From Candidatus Acidiferrales bacterium (GTDB lineage Bacteria > Acidobacteriota > Terriglobia > Acidiferrales > UBA7541), in NCBI GenBank assembly GCA_038236395.1, contig JBBRZT010000001.1, positions 1 through 47,463 of the forward strand: a DNA stretch of 47,463 nt, given 5' to 3'. Of the stretch, positions 8,432 to 19,187 are shown piece after piece (positions within the stretch are counted from its first letter, which is position 1; each line of letters opens with the position of its first letter). The notes beneath the pieces were generated by a model. The model made no database searches. It was not told the origin of the DNA and saw only the letters and a program-made list of their open reading frames with translations. Both the position numbers and the translations under genes were made by a program.

Positions 8432-11400
8432 CTAGAAAGAGTAGCGCGCCCCGATCTGCATCACTCGAGGCTGCCCCTGTATTTGTGTAAAGTTTGACCA
8501 ATTCGAAGGCGGATTCAGCCCGCGTAATGCAGGATCACGGGCGACGCCGTCACCCGTGCGGCTAAGATTGATCAATCCAAAACTCTGCGCGTTGGCTACG
8601 TTGAACACATCCCAGCGGAGCTGCAACTGATGCTTCTCGCTCCACGGCATGGTAAAGCTCTTGGCCAGCCCCAGATCCACGTTCATGTATCCCGGAAGTC
8701 TCAGATAGTTCCGGGGGCCCGTTTCGCCTGGATATGCGTTCCGGAAGTTTTGATAAATTGCCTTGATATCGCAACCGGATCCACCGAAGAGTTTCGGAGC
8801 GCCGGTACCGACGGGGTCCGGGGTTCCGATACGGGTGGGGCAAGTGTGAAAGGGACCAATGGGAGTGACATTAGCTTGGACATTCCAGTTAGTTGCCCAG
8901 CGCGCGTCATCGAAAGGCGAGGCGGATGGCAGCCCGGTATTCCACCGGAAGATGCCTGCCAGTTGCCATCCCCCAAGGACTGCCTGCACGGCCCGATTGT
9001 CCGTGTTCATGAAAGCTCTGCCCTTACCAAACGGCATCTGCCACACGGCGGAAGTATTGATGAGGTGCCGGATGTCAAAGTCGGAGCTCCCGTAGTTGCT
9101 GCGCTGGCGAATCGGATTTTCGATAAACGGCCCACTGTTGTTTTGGCTGCCGAAGCCGAAGTCCGATTGCAATCCGGAGGAGTCATCTAAAGAGTGGGAG
9201 AAGGTGTAGTTGAAATCCATGGTCAAACTATTCAACCGCTGCCGTAACGACACGGTAAGAGCGTTGTAGTTGGAATTTCCAATGGTGCTCCACGCGGCCA
9301 ATGCGCCGTATTGCGGCTGCATGAACCTCGTGGGCAACCCCGCATCGAAAAGCGCTATATCGACTTGAGCTTCCGCATCAGTCCAGTCGTTGCCGGAAAA
9401 GAACGCAAATGGATTCGTCGGTTGCCCGCCCCCGCCCCGGCTTTGCAACCCATAGAACACCTGTGTAGGAGTCCAGTTGGATGGAAAACCCGCGTCGATG
9501 TTCGGATCGTTGTTGAAAAGGTCGACCAAATTAGCTGGGAAAAGGTTATCAAAGAATGGGATGGACGCGATCTGACTAGTATCCACATTTTGCTGGCGTT
9601 GCTTTTCCAGAATCGTGCCGGCCGTGTACCAGTCCATGCCGCTCTGCGGATCACGAACATTGTTAAAGGCCACCGCGTCCCGGCGAGCCAGCAAACTGCG
9701 CGCCGAGCGCCCGACGTAGGTCACAGACAGAGTAAGACCTGCGCGCATCTGACGCTCGTAGGTCAAATTCCATACGTATTCGGTGGGCGCATGGAGATTG
9801 GAATCCACACCCGTCTCGATACGCTCTCCCTCGTCGATCGGCTGCGCTAGCGGAAACTGCAGCGCCGCTGGAGTAACTACATTAGGAAGGGAGCGTACGT
9901 CTTGATTAAAGCCGGTAAATAACGGCGCCAGATTGCCGGCTACCGTATCGTAGGTGTTCGCCGGGGTGGTGTAGTTCGATGTGAAACCCAGAGTGTTGTT
10001 CAAATCCCAGTCCACCGCCAAGGCTTGGCCATAGTAGTCGTTGGTAATCGCAAAGCCGCCGCGAACCACCGACTTGCCGCTGTCGCCAAAGATGGAATGC
10101 ATTAGCCCCTCAGTGTAACTGGGCGACCACGCCACGGCGATACGCGGCTGGAAGTTATTCTTGTCCCAGTTGTACATCGGCTTTCCGCCGTTCACCGGGC
10201 CAGAGCGGTTGATCACGATGGGATCGATGAAATTGTTTCCTTGAGCTGCAGCCGCGAGGCGATTGGCAAAGTACGTTCCCAGCGGAACGTCAGGTTGCAC
10301 TTCAAAACCCTGAGTCTCATACACCGGTCGCTCTAAGCTGTAACGTAGCCCAAGTGTAAGGGTAAGGTGAGGGCGAATCTTCCAGGAGTCCTGGAAGTAT
10401 CCTTCGTAAGCTTGGGTGGCGAAGTTCCGCTTGGTGGGCACTCCGGCATCCAACAAACTACCGTCCTTGTTAAAGGTGAAGTCCGCGGTATATTGCGAGA
10501 AACGGCCAATCAGCGCGGTGGCCGAGTTTTGGACTTCCGCGATGGAATTCAAGGATTGGCCCGCGTTTTCGTCCCCTGGCAAACCGTTGTCATCCAAATA
10601 TGTCTGGAAGTCGTTCGAGACGTGATCGCCTGCTCCGAAATAAAACGAAGGGTTAGTGATTGCGTTGTCAAACGCATTCGCGAAACTCACGCGCTGGTTG
10701 CTAACCAGGCGTACGTTGCCTCCAAACTGAAAGGTGTGCTTTCCGTGAATCCAGGAAACATCATCTGTGATGTTGTGTACCGGCGTCACTCTGCTCAAAC
10801 TATGGCTTTGGTTATTGGGAAAAAATACGAACCGAAACGCGATGTCATTCCCATTGCTGTCGCCGCCTTCGGTAAAGGCTTGGCGCGTGTACCCATAGCG
10901 CAGGTTGTTTACCCAGTGGCTGCCGATGGCCCAGTTGTGCCCCACAGCGAGACCTCGCGGATGACTCCAGATCGTCGGCGATATCGTATCGGGATAGGCT
11001 CGGGGAGTTACCTGGGTATCACTGATGTAGTTCACCCGGGCGAAAAGGCTTTGATTGCTGGTCAACGTATAGTCCAACTTCGCGATGTGCGAGTTCAGTT
11101 TTACGGGTGTGGGGGCGTTAAAGCGAAAGCCGCCGGTGTTCAATTGGTCGCCTACCGTTGCGTCGTTGGCGGGGTACTTGGCAGCAGCGGCTGCGAGAGC
11201 GTCCAGGGCTGCTTGGTTGATGCCGGCGTCTGAATACACCTGTTGAACCTGAGACAGGTTCAACGACGCTGGCAGAGGATTGTTGCAATCGGCATCCGGG
11301 CAATACGTATAGTTGATGGTTCCCTGGCCCAAATTCGCCAAAGGAACAACTTCGGTCACCCCTGTTGATGTGGCATCCCGGCGCCCTTCGTAACTGTAGA

Positions 11401-12328
11401 AAAAGAACAATTTGTTCTTCAAAATCGGCCCGCCGAGTGCCCCTCCGAAAGTGTTTCGAACCAATGGCGTGCGCGGCGTTCCCGACGCATTGCTGAAAAA
11501 GTCGTTAGCCTCAAAACCGGTGCCTCGGTAGAATTCAAACGCCGCCCCGTGCAAACTATTTGAACCCGATTTGGTGACCAGGTTGATCTGCGCACCGGCG
11601 GAACGCCCCTGGTTGGCATTTCCGTTGGCCGTGGTGACGCGGAACTCTTCGACGGCCTCCGAGTTGAGGCGCAAAACCGGGCCCGACGTTATGCTGCCCG
11701 AGAGCGAACCGATTACCAGCCCGTTGTCCGAAGTTGCTATCGAGGCGTTACCGGTTTGCGCATTATTGATGTCCACGCCGTCCAAAGTAACGTTGGACTG
11801 GTCGGCTCGGGCGCCCGTCACGTATCCCTCCTGGGTCGCCCCAGGCTGTAAGCTGAGCAAATCCGACAGATTGCGGCCCTCCAATGGAAGTTGGGTAATC
11901 TGGCTCGAGTCCATAACGTTGCCCAACGACGCATCCTGCGTATTGATGAGCGCGCTTGAATTGCTCGCCGTCACTTCCACCGTCATGGCGATCGAGCCCA
12001 CCTCCAGTTCCACGCTGTGCTCCGAATTCTTACCAATAAGGGCCTGCACATTGTCAGTCACGTTCTTCTTGAATCCGGCGGCCTCGACCTCTACGCGATA
12101 GGCGCCAGGTGTTATCAAGTCGAAACTATACGTTCCATTCTCGGAGGTTTGCGCGCTACGCGATGAGTTGGTCCCCACGTTTGTTAAGGTAACCGTCGCA
12201 CCAACCACCGGCCTCTTTTGCGGGTCCGTGATCGTGCCTGTTATCGCGGACGTTCCCGTCTGGCTCCACGCCTGCATCGCACACACCAAGAACACAAGCA
12301 TCGCCGTCGCCAATCTAATAGCGCGCAT
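8432..12328 (-). CDS. TonB-dependent receptor, Oar-like
   Basis: Start refined to ATG 12328 (AAAGGAG RBS; MRAIRLATA signal peptide); LPLEGRN, AVEEFRVTT, VTKSGSN motifs; ends PRVMQIGARYSF. Confidence 0.93.
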   Translation of the reverse strand: MRAIRLATAMLVFLVCAMQAWSQTGTSAITGTITDPQKRPVVGATVTLTNVGTNSSRSAQTSENGTYSFDLITPGAYRVEVEAAGFKKNVTDNVQALIGKNSEHSVELEVGSIAMTVEVTASNSSALINTQDASLGNVMDSSQITQLPLEGRNLSDLLSLQPGATQEGYVTGARADQSNVTLDGVDINNAQTGNASIATSDNGLVIGSLSGSITSGPVLRLNSEAVEEFRVTTANGNANQGRSAGAQINLVTKSGSNSLHGAAFEFYRGTGFEANDFFSNASGTPRTPLVRNTFGGALGGPILKNKLFFFYSYEGRRDATSTGVTEVVPLANLGQGTINYTYCPDADCNNPLPASLNLSQVQQVYSDAGINQAALDALAAAAAKYPANDATVGDQLNTGGFRFNAPTPVKLNSHIAKLDYTLTSNQSLFARVNYISDTQVTPRAYPDTISPTIWSHPRGLAVGHNWAIGSHWVNNLRYGYTRQAFTEGGDSNGNDIAFRFVFFPNNQSHSLSRVTPVHNITDDVSWIHGKHTFQFGGNVRLVSNQRVSFANAFDNAITNPSFYFGAGDHVSNDFQTYLDDNGLPGDENAGQSLNSIAEVQNSATALIGRFSQYTADFTFNKDGSLLDAGVPTKRNFATQAYEGYFQDSWKIRPHLTLTLGLRYSLERPVYETQGFEVQPDVPLGTYFANRLAAAAQGNNFIDPIVINRSGPVNGGKPMYNWDKNNFQPRIAVAWSPSYTEGLMHSIFGDSGKSVVRGGFAITNDYYGQALAVDWDLNNTLGFTSNYTTPANTYDTVAGNLAPLFTGFNQDVRSLPNVVTPAALQFPLAQPIDEGERIETGVDSNLHAPTEYVWNLTYERQMRAGLTLSVTYVGRSARSLLARRDAVAFNNVRDPQSGMDWYTAGTILEKQRQQNVDTSQIASIPFFDNLFPANLVDLFNNDPNIDAGFPSNWTPTQVFYGLQSRGGGGQPTNPFAFFSGNDWTDAEAQVDIALFDAGLPTRFMQPQYGALAAWSTIGNSNYNALTVSLRQRLNSLTMDFNYTFSHSLDDSSGLQSDFGFGSQNNSGPFIENPIRQRSNYGSSDFDIRHLINTSAVWQMPFGKGRAFMNTDNRAVQAVLGGWQLAGIFRWNTGLPSASPFDDARWATNWNVQANVTPIGPFHTCPTRIGTPDPVGTGAPKLFGGSGCDIKAIYQNFRNAYPGETGPRNYLRLPGYMNVDLGLAKSFTMPWSEKHQLQLRWDVFNVANAQSFGLINLSRTGDGVARDPALRGLNPPSNWSNFTQIQGQPRVMQIGARYSF

Positions 12329-12678
12329 GAAAACTCCTTTAAGCAGTGACCGATTTTTTTTGCTTGGAACTTCCGTTGCGATAAACAAAAAGACCCACCC
12401 GTGCGGTCCTGAAGAACCGCCTAACCCATTGAGATAGTTTTTAGGCTAAAGGCAGGGGGGATGTCAACAATTGTTTCTGGATTTCCCGGTGGAGCGACTG
12501 GGATTAGCTAAATACTCGATAATCCTGGACTCCATTAGCTATGGAGCGGAAGTTTAGCTGGATCGATTCGAAATCTCGAATGGTTTTTATTACTGTCGCT
12601 CGCATCTCTGCGCGGACAGCTCCGATGTCGATTTCTCCGATTTCTTTTCACAAACACCCGTGAGCTGGAGGCTCCAAC

Positions 12679-14271
12679 TTAATTCAGCCGCAGAAGCTTT
12701 GCTTCCGTAATCGCCGGAATCCCCTTGATTGGCTCCAGGATGGAGTTGAACACGTCGCCGTCCAGCCGCACCAGCGAAACCGCTTGCGCTCCCGCGGTGG
12801 CTTCTCTCCGTCCCAGCGCGAAAGTCGCGATGTTCACGCCGTACTTGCCCAGCATCGTGCCCACTTGTCCGATGACTCCGGGCTCGTCGCGGTTTCGCAG
12901 GTACAAAATTGTTCCGTCCAGCTGCGCTTCCAGCGGGATGCCGTCAATCTGCAGCAGCCGCGGCGTCCCGTCAAACAACACCGTGCCTTCGGCGGCAAAA
13001 CCCTCCTTCGAGCCGCCGGCCTCCGGCAACACCGCGATCTCCAGCGTATTGGGGAAGCCGTGCTCGCGCTTGCGCGTCTCTTCTTCCACTTTCAAGCCGC
13101 GCGCCGTCGCCACCGCCGGAGCATTCACCACGTTTACTTTTTCATCCAGCACGGCGTTCAAAACTCCCGCGAGCACCGCGCTGCGCAACAAATGCGTGCC
13201 CACTTCCGCAACTTCCCCCGCGTAACGAATCCGAATTTTCGACGGACGCGTCTCCGACGCTTGTGACACCAGCGAGCCCAGCCGCTCCGCCAATTGCAGG
13301 TAAGGCCGCACGCGCCGATATTGCTCCGCCGAAAGCACTGGCAAATTCACCGCGTTCCTGATGATTCCCTCGGAAAGATAATCCTTCACCTGCACCGCCA
13401 CCTGCGTGCCCACTTCTTCCTGCGCTTCAGTAGTCGAACCCGCAATGTGCGGCGTGCCCACCACGTTCGGCAATCCGACCAGCGGCGAATTTTTGGGCGG
13501 CTCCACCGCAAACACGTCCAGCCCCGCGCCCCCGATGTGCCCGCTCTTCAGCGCTGCCGCCAGCGCGGCTTCTTCAATCAACTCCCCGCGCGCGGCATTA
13601 ATAATGAACGCGCCCTTTTTCATTTTTGCCAGCGTCGCGGCGCTGATCAGATTTTGCGTCGCGGGACTCAGCGCCGTGTGCAGCGAAACGAAATCGCTTT
13701 CCGCCAGCAGCTTGTCCAGCGGCACCAGCTCCACAGAAAATTCCTTGGCCGCCGCTTCGCTGATGTACGGGTCATAGCCCAGCACGCGCATATCAAATGC
13801 TTGCGCGCGCACCGCTACTTCGCTGCCGATGCGCCCCAGCCCGATCAGCCCAAGGGTCTTGCCGCTGATTTCCGTGCCCGCTGCGCTGGATTTTTCCCAC
13901 CGTCCTTCGTGAAACGCCTTGTCCAACTTGGGGACTTGCCGCGCCAGCGACAGCATCAGCGCAAAAGTATGCTCCGCCACGCTCACCGCGTTTCCGCCCG
14001 GCGTGCTCATCACTACAATCCCGCGCTTGGTGGCCGCTTCCAGATCGATGTTGTCCACGCCCACTCCCGCGCGCCCCACGCAGCGCAGGTTGGGAGCCTT
14101 GTCCAGCAGTTCCGCCGTAACTTTCGTTGCGCTGCGCACGATCAACGCCTGCGCATCCGCAATCTCCGCCACCAGGTTGTCTTTGTTGGTCAAGACGATC
14201 TTCCAGCCCGCCTGGGCCTGCAGCAGCTTCACGCCGCGTTCGCTGATTTTATCCGCAACAATTACTTTCAT
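12679..14271 (-). CDS. serA: D-3-phosphoglycerate dehydrogenase (long form with ASB and ACT domains)
   Basis: GRAGVGVDNID, GLGRIG, INAARG, TPHIAGSTTEAQ; C-terminal ACT (NRDEPGVIG). Confidence 0.96.
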   Translation of the reverse strand: MKVIVADKISERGVKLLQAQAGWKIVLTNKDNLVAEIADAQALIVRSATKVTAELLDKAPNLRCVGRAGVGVDNIDLEAATKRGIVVMSTPGGNAVSVAEHTFALMLSLARQVPKLDKAFHEGRWEKSSAAGTEISGKTLGLIGLGRIGSEVAVRAQAFDMRVLGYDPYISEAAAKEFSVELVPLDKLLAESDFVSLHTALSPATQNLISAATLAKMKKGAFIINAARGELIEEAALAAALKSGHIGGAGLDVFAVEPPKNSPLVGLPNVVGTPHIAGSTTEAQEEVGTQVAVQVKDYLSEGIIRNAVNLPVLSAEQYRRVRPYLQLAERLGSLVSQASETRPSKIRIRYAGEVAEVGTHLLRSAVLAGVLNAVLDEKVNVVNAPAVATARGLKVEEETRKREHGFPNTLEIAVLPEAGGSKEGFAAEGTVLFDGTPRLLQIDGIPLEAQLDGTILYLRNRDEPGVIGQVGTMLGKYGVNIATFALGRREATAGAQAVSLVRLDGDVFNSILEPIKGIPAITEAKLLRLN

Positions 14272-14322
14272 CTTGGTCTTCTCCGCCTCTGCCAGGCTTT
14301 TTGCGTCGACTGTAACCTTTCA

Positions 14323-14351
14323 ACGGTAGCGAGCCCCCGCGACACTGTCAA
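14323..14351 (-). promoter_or_regulatory. Putative sigma70 promoter of serA
   Basis: Minus strand TTGACA-N17-TACCGT, ~50 bp upstream of the ATG. Confidence 0.6.
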
Positions 14352-14445
14352 TGTAAGCCGCGAACATTCTGTTATAGTTTTCCAATCTACAAATGGTTCT
14401 TACACACCACGTTAAAGCGGCGTTAACGCATTTCGGGGGCTGCCG

Positions 14446-14901
14446 ATGAGTCTCACTGAACGCATTCAGAAGGACCTGGTGGACGCCATGCGCGCCAAGG
14501 ACGAGCTGCGCCTGAGCGTCCTCCGGGGCATCAAGGCCGCCATCAAACATAAAGAAGTGGAAAAAATCCGCGTGCTGGACGAGACCGAGTCCATTCAAAT
14601 CCTGCAAACCCTCGTCAAGCAGCGCAAGGAATCCATCGAGCAATTTACAAAAGGCAACCGCCCCGAGCTGGCCGCCAAAGAAACCAAAGAGCTGGCCATC
14701 CTCGAAACCTATCTCCCCGCCAGCGCCAGCGCCAGCGAAATGAACGCCGCCATCGACAAAGCCATCGCCGAAACCGCCGCAACCTCCATCAAGCAAATGG
14801 GCGCGGTAGTAAAAGCCGCCAAAGCCGTCCTGGAAGGCAAATCCGTCGACGGCAAAGCCCTCAGCGACCTGGTCCGCGACCGCCTCTCAAAACTCGGCTG
14901 A
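14446..14901 (+). CDS. GatB/YqeY domain protein
   Basis: MSLTERIQKDLVDAMRAKD..LSVLR, KQRKESIEQF, KQMGAV, DGKALS motifs. Confidence 0.93.
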   Translation: MSLTERIQKDLVDAMRAKDELRLSVLRGIKAAIKHKEVEKIRVLDETESIQILQTLVKQRKESIEQFTKGNRPELAAKETKELAILETYLPASASASEMNAAIDKAIAETAATSIKQMGAVVKAAKAVLEGKSVDGKALSDLVRDRLSKLG

Positions 14902-14942
14902 TTTTATTTCGTCCCTGTGGGAATCGTGTTCGTTGGTCGAAA

Positions 14943-16946
14943 TCAGTTCGTGCTGTGCTTCAGAACCGCGGTGTTGCGTTCGTCATTTCCGATCTCGCGA
15001 TAAAATTTCTTCAGCTCGTCCACTTTGCTTACCGGCACGCTCAGTTCCTTGATTTCAAACGTGCGCGTGTATTTCAGAGTTTTTCCGTTAACTTCCGCTT
15101 TGCTGTGGTAACTCGCGAAACTGTAATCGGCGTTCACCGGCGGCGGCAGATCGTCCACCTCGTAACCGGCCGGCAAGGCAATCTCAAAAGTGTCGCTGTC
15201 CTTCCACGGCCCCGCGAATTCCACCGCATACTTGCGCGCTTCTTTGGTCTCCAGCAGGTCGCGTGATTCATATCCCATCACTCGCGGACGAACCAGCAGC
15301 AAGTCTCCTGCCGGTTTTGCATAATTTTCCGCCACCAGCGAATAGTCGTAAACGAAGGGCAAATTTGTCTGCGCCAGGTTTCCCACCGTGGCTTTAGTAA
15401 TCTGAAAAGTGCCCAGCGAATGGGACAGCAGGGTCTCGATGGGCTTGATCTTGTCCGATTGCTGAGCAGCGGCTTGCAGCACGTAGCGTTGGTACACCGC
15501 CGGATCTCCGCGGCGAACTTCCCGGACGTCTCCGCTCAACGTGCCCTTGGCGTCCAGTTGCAGTTTTGCAAAACGTTCCGTGGTGTTCAGACTCGATGGC
15601 AACCGCGGCAATTCCACTAATTCCCCGCCGGACGGGGTCACCAGCAGCCCGTAGTTCGCCTGCAGGGCGCCGCGCAACTGCCCGAATGGCGTCATTTCAT
15701 CCGTAGGATCGAAAATAAGCAGCTTGCCCAACTTCGCGTCGTCCATGAAGGCCACCAGCGAAGGATCCGATACTCCCTCCGGCAATTTAATCGCTAAAAT
15801 CAAGTGATTGAAAATTCCGATTTGCGGCGGCATCCCCGGCGTGACCGCGTCCCGCTCCGCATTGATCACGATGTAGTAGGACTCCACTCCCATTTCCGAA
15901 AGCATGGTGCTCACCAGCGTGGCTTTGTCTTTGCAGTCGCCGTAACGATGCGCAAAAACGTCTTTCGCGGCGTGCGGTTGATAGCCGCCGATCCCCAGTT
16001 CGATGCCCACGTAGCGAATCTCCCGTTGCGCGAACGCCGCGATGGCCTTCATTTTTTCCACCGGCGTCTTGGCCGAAGCCGTCAGCTCCGCCACCTTTTG
16101 TTTTATCTCCGGCGAACTGTCTCGCCGCCCGCGCGTCAGCCCCGCTTGCCAATTCCCCATATCGTCCCAACTCTGGAATCCGCGGTTCTGCGATCCGCCC
16201 GAGGGAATCACCGAAAGCACCATCTGTTCGGCTACGCCGCGCCACGGCGGCATTTCCTTTTCCCCTTTGACGGCCGGAACGTTTTTCACCACCCATTGCC
16301 ACTGATTATTGCCTACTGAACTAGGCGCAATCTCCGCATGATTAAACCACGCGGCCTTGTACTCCCAGCCGGGCGGAAGTTGAAGCGTGTAGCGCGCTTC
16401 CCCGGTAGGTATCGGCCGCTGGAACAGCCAGTCATCCTGCAAGACATAGGGACGCAATTCCTGTTCGACTTCGTATCCCACAATATTTCCCGGATCGGCT
16501 GCTGGGATTTGCAGCAGTTTACTGCGCACATCGGTAATCAATTCTCCGTTGGCTACTCCCAACGAGGCTTCTATCGCATCCTTATCCTTCACCTCGTAAT
16601 CTTTTCCTTGCGCGGGAATGCACCACCCATGCAGCGCCGAAATTTTTGTCTCCGCATCGAAATTTACAACTACCAGCCCGTATCGCTTCCCGCCCACCCG
16701 CAGAATTTTGTACGCCACACGCTGCAGGCTTTTCATCTTGCCGTTGGCCTGGATGCTCAAAACATATTCCGAATACAGCAGCACCGCATCCGTCTTGTCA
16801 TCGTGTTCAGGCAGCGGCACGTTCACCAGCCCGTGCATCCACCCAGGCGCATCACTCGCGCAAGCGCGAGGTGCGCCGCTCGTCAGGCACAACGCCAGAG
16901 TTCCGGCGAATAACGCCGTCGCCGCCGCGATGCGAGACCGGGCCAT
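14943..16946 (-). CDS. DUF3857 + transglutaminase-like domain protein (catalytic Cys present)
   Basis: Signal peptide from ATG 16946; GDCKDKA, FNHLIL and FDPT give the Cys-His-Asp triad. Confidence 0.88.
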   Translation of the reverse strand: MARSRIAAATALFAGTLALCLTSGAPRACASDAPGWMHGLVNVPLPEHDDKTDAVLLYSEYVLSIQANGKMKSLQRVAYKILRVGGKRYGLVVVNFDAETKISALHGWCIPAQGKDYEVKDKDAIEASLGVANGELITDVRSKLLQIPAADPGNIVGYEVEQELRPYVLQDDWLFQRPIPTGEARYTLQLPPGWEYKAAWFNHAEIAPSSVGNNQWQWVVKNVPAVKGEKEMPPWRGVAEQMVLSVIPSGGSQNRGFQSWDDMGNWQAGLTRGRRDSSPEIKQKVAELTASAKTPVEKMKAIAAFAQREIRYVGIELGIGGYQPHAAKDVFAHRYGDCKDKATLVSTMLSEMGVESYYIVINAERDAVTPGMPPQIGIFNHLILAIKLPEGVSDPSLVAFMDDAKLGKLLIFDPTDEMTPFGQLRGALQANYGLLVTPSGGELVELPRLPSSLNTTERFAKLQLDAKGTLSGDVREVRRGDPAVYQRYVLQAAAQQSDKIKPIETLLSHSLGTFQITKATVGNLAQTNLPFVYDYSLVAENYAKPAGDLLLVRPRVMGYESRDLLETKEARKYAVEFAGPWKDSDTFEIALPAGYEVDDLPPPVNADYSFASYHSKAEVNGKTLKYTRTFEIKELSVPVSKVDELKKFYREIGNDERNTAVLKHSTN

Positions 16947-16947
16947 G

Positions 16948-18903
16948 TCAGTTCGCCGCCGCGCTTGCGCCAGGCTGCACCACAATTTGCTGATCATCGC
17001 CGGTCCTCACCACCTGAAAGAAATTTCTCAGCGCCCCGTAATATTTTGTTTCCAGGGTGATCGCCTCCACGCTCAGTTTCCGCGTCAGGTGCAGCGTTCC
17101 CTGCTTGTTCTCCGCTTTCGTGCTGTAGGCGCAAACTTTGCCCTCATCAATATGGGCCGGCGGCATGCTGTTCACTTTCCAGTCCAGCGGCAGTTCGATG
17201 GTCACGTCGTCAAGCCGCGCGGTGGGAAAATCGAAATAAATGGGATGAACTCTGGAGGCGTGTTCAAATACGTGCTTTTCGGGCGCGCTGAACAGTCCTA
17301 CAGGAATCAGCGCCCGGTGACCCGCCCCGGAAGCCCATCCCTGCACTTTGATCTCGAATTCACCGACCAGCGTCGGCGCAGAGCTCTTCCAGTCCGGCTG
17401 ATTCTTCAGCTCCACTTCGATGCTCACGGGAATAAATTCCCGCACCTGGTTTTCCATGTACGTCTTTCGCGCTGCTTCGTCTTCATTGTTCATTTCGAGT
17501 CTCATGGACAGGGCTTCCAGTCCCGCGAACGTAACCGTCAGCTTACCCTCGAGGCTCCCTTGATCCGTCAGTCGCAAGTCCGCCTTGCGCTCGATGCGCG
17601 AGACCGCGCTGTCCGGCACCGTGGTGGTTACCCACGTGCCTCCGTCTTTATCAAGACGCAAGCCCGCTACTCCGGTCTCCGGCCACGGCAGGATTCCGAA
17701 TGGTGTGAACAACGTTCCAGGATCGTAGTACGTATCTTTCCCGTTTAATTTCACCAGCACCACGTTGTCATTCAGCCGGTGGCTATCCATCGTCTGGGGA
17801 GTAAAGAAATATTCGCTGCGACGGGACACCAGTACCGGATAGGCTTCCAGCCCCGCGGCGCGCGCCAAGGCCAGGAAAAGCCAGGTAATCTCACCGCCGG
17901 AACCGTAGCCGTTCTTCCACAAATCCTCGACGTTGTTAATAGACTTCACCTTGGCGCGCTTCTTTTCCTGCTCGCTCACTTCCGGCTCATATCCCGTATT
18001 GCGCACCTGCTGCACTCGCGCGTAGATTTTTTGCAGCTTGATTTCCGGCGTGTCCGACGGCGATACGATTTGCGCCACCGCTTGTTCCATGGCCTTGCGC
18101 TTGCCCATGAAACCTTCTATCCCCTCGTTGCGCTTCTTCCCTTCGCTTTTCCAGAATTTTTCCGGTTGCGATTCCGTGCTCTCGCCGTACGTGAAATCCA
18201 CGCGCGCCTTCAATTCGTTTTGCGGCGGCATGTAGTCTTCGATCTGGAAGGCCGGCACATTGCCGGTTTCCAGCCGCACTACTCCCTTATCGTTTCTTGG
18301 CGCCGCCGTGCCCGTTGGCAGGCCATGCCAGCTCGTGCGCATCGGGAAATAGCTGTTGGGCTTCAGCGAAAACTTGGCGGACTTGGTGAAGAGCTCGTTG
18401 CTCAGGATCCATTGCGAGTTGTAAACGAGACTGAAATTCCATTGGTCGTTGTAGCGATATTCGATGATGCTGCCCACCTGCACGTCCGGAAGCACGATCA
18501 CCTTGGCCATATATTTCAATCCTTTGGCCTTGACGATCATCTGTTCCAGCGGCTTGCCTTCGAAATTCGCGATCGTTCCGTCCGGCCGGATCGTGCGCGC
18601 CTTCAGGCCGTGTACGTCTTCACTTTGCTTGAAAAAGGGAATCTCCACGTTGGCGTATTTGCGCCCTTCCTCGGTCAGAATCTTGATGCGCACGTAGTTG
18701 TATTCACGGTCGGTGTTGTCGTCGCGATCCACTTGGCGATAGAGAATGACGGCGGCAGCGCCGGGGGCTTCCGGCACGCTGGTCATGCTCAGCTCCGCCG
18801 GATTTATCGGTTGCCAGTCGTCAGCGTTGGCCCGATGGGGTGCGCGAACCACGGCGCACAAGCAGAAAATAGAGAGAAAGAGAGATACGCGGCGGTACAA
18901 CAT
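16948..18903 (-). CDS. DUF3857 + transglutaminase-like domain protein (catalytic Cys apparently lost)
   Basis: Signal peptide; RIKILTEEG, PDVQVGSIIEYRY; GYGSGGEI in place of GDCxD; YYDPG. Confidence 0.88.
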   Translation of the reverse strand: MLYRRVSLFLSIFCLCAVVRAPHRANADDWQPINPAELSMTSVPEAPGAAAVILYRQVDRDDNTDREYNYVRIKILTEEGRKYANVEIPFFKQSEDVHGLKARTIRPDGTIANFEGKPLEQMIVKAKGLKYMAKVIVLPDVQVGSIIEYRYNDQWNFSLVYNSQWILSNELFTKSAKFSLKPNSYFPMRTSWHGLPTGTAAPRNDKGVVRLETGNVPAFQIEDYMPPQNELKARVDFTYGESTESQPEKFWKSEGKKRNEGIEGFMGKRKAMEQAVAQIVSPSDTPEIKLQKIYARVQQVRNTGYEPEVSEQEKKRAKVKSINNVEDLWKNGYGSGGEITWLFLALARAAGLEAYPVLVSRRSEYFFTPQTMDSHRLNDNVVLVKLNGKDTYYDPGTLFTPFGILPWPETGVAGLRLDKDGGTWVTTTVPDSAVSRIERKADLRLTDQGSLEGKLTVTFAGLEALSMRLEMNNEDEAARKTYMENQVREFIPVSIEVELKNQPDWKSSAPTLVGEFEIKVQGWASGAGHRALIPVGLFSAPEKHVFEHASRVHPIYFDFPTARLDDVTIELPLDWKVNSMPPAHIDEGKVCAYSTKAENKQGTLHLTRKLSVEAITLETKYYGALRNFFQVVRTGDDQQIVVQPGASAAAN

Positions 18904-19187
18904 GTCTTACCTCCAGGGACTTGATCTGGAGGCAGGGCTCCACGAGCTGCGAGGTAGTGGGCTTGCCTCACATCTGCAGGGCATCAGGATTTCAACGTAT
19001 GTTGATGACCTGTGACAGTATTGTCGCGGACAATATAGTCCCGGCCCGTCCGTGTCAAGAGACCTGCTGGTCCACCGTTACCTCTCGGCTACCCGCCAAG
19101 ATTCTCTTCCACGCATGCCCTACCTGCGGCATAATCCCGCACGCTGCATTTTGGTCTGTACCCTGCTCGGCACCCGGGAGGCTTTTC

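Noticed and set aside
12329-12678. Riboswitch upstream of the TonB receptor
   Set aside because: No cobalamin, TPP or c-di-GMP signature motifs recognised; only short hairpins and an IHF-like box
18921-19187. N-terminal extensions in the ORF track (OPT from 18921; similarly 8114, 12388, 22698, 29192, 37934, 46625)
   Set aside because: Downstream starts have SD sequences, signal peptides or translational coupling; the extensions run through promoters or neighbouring genes
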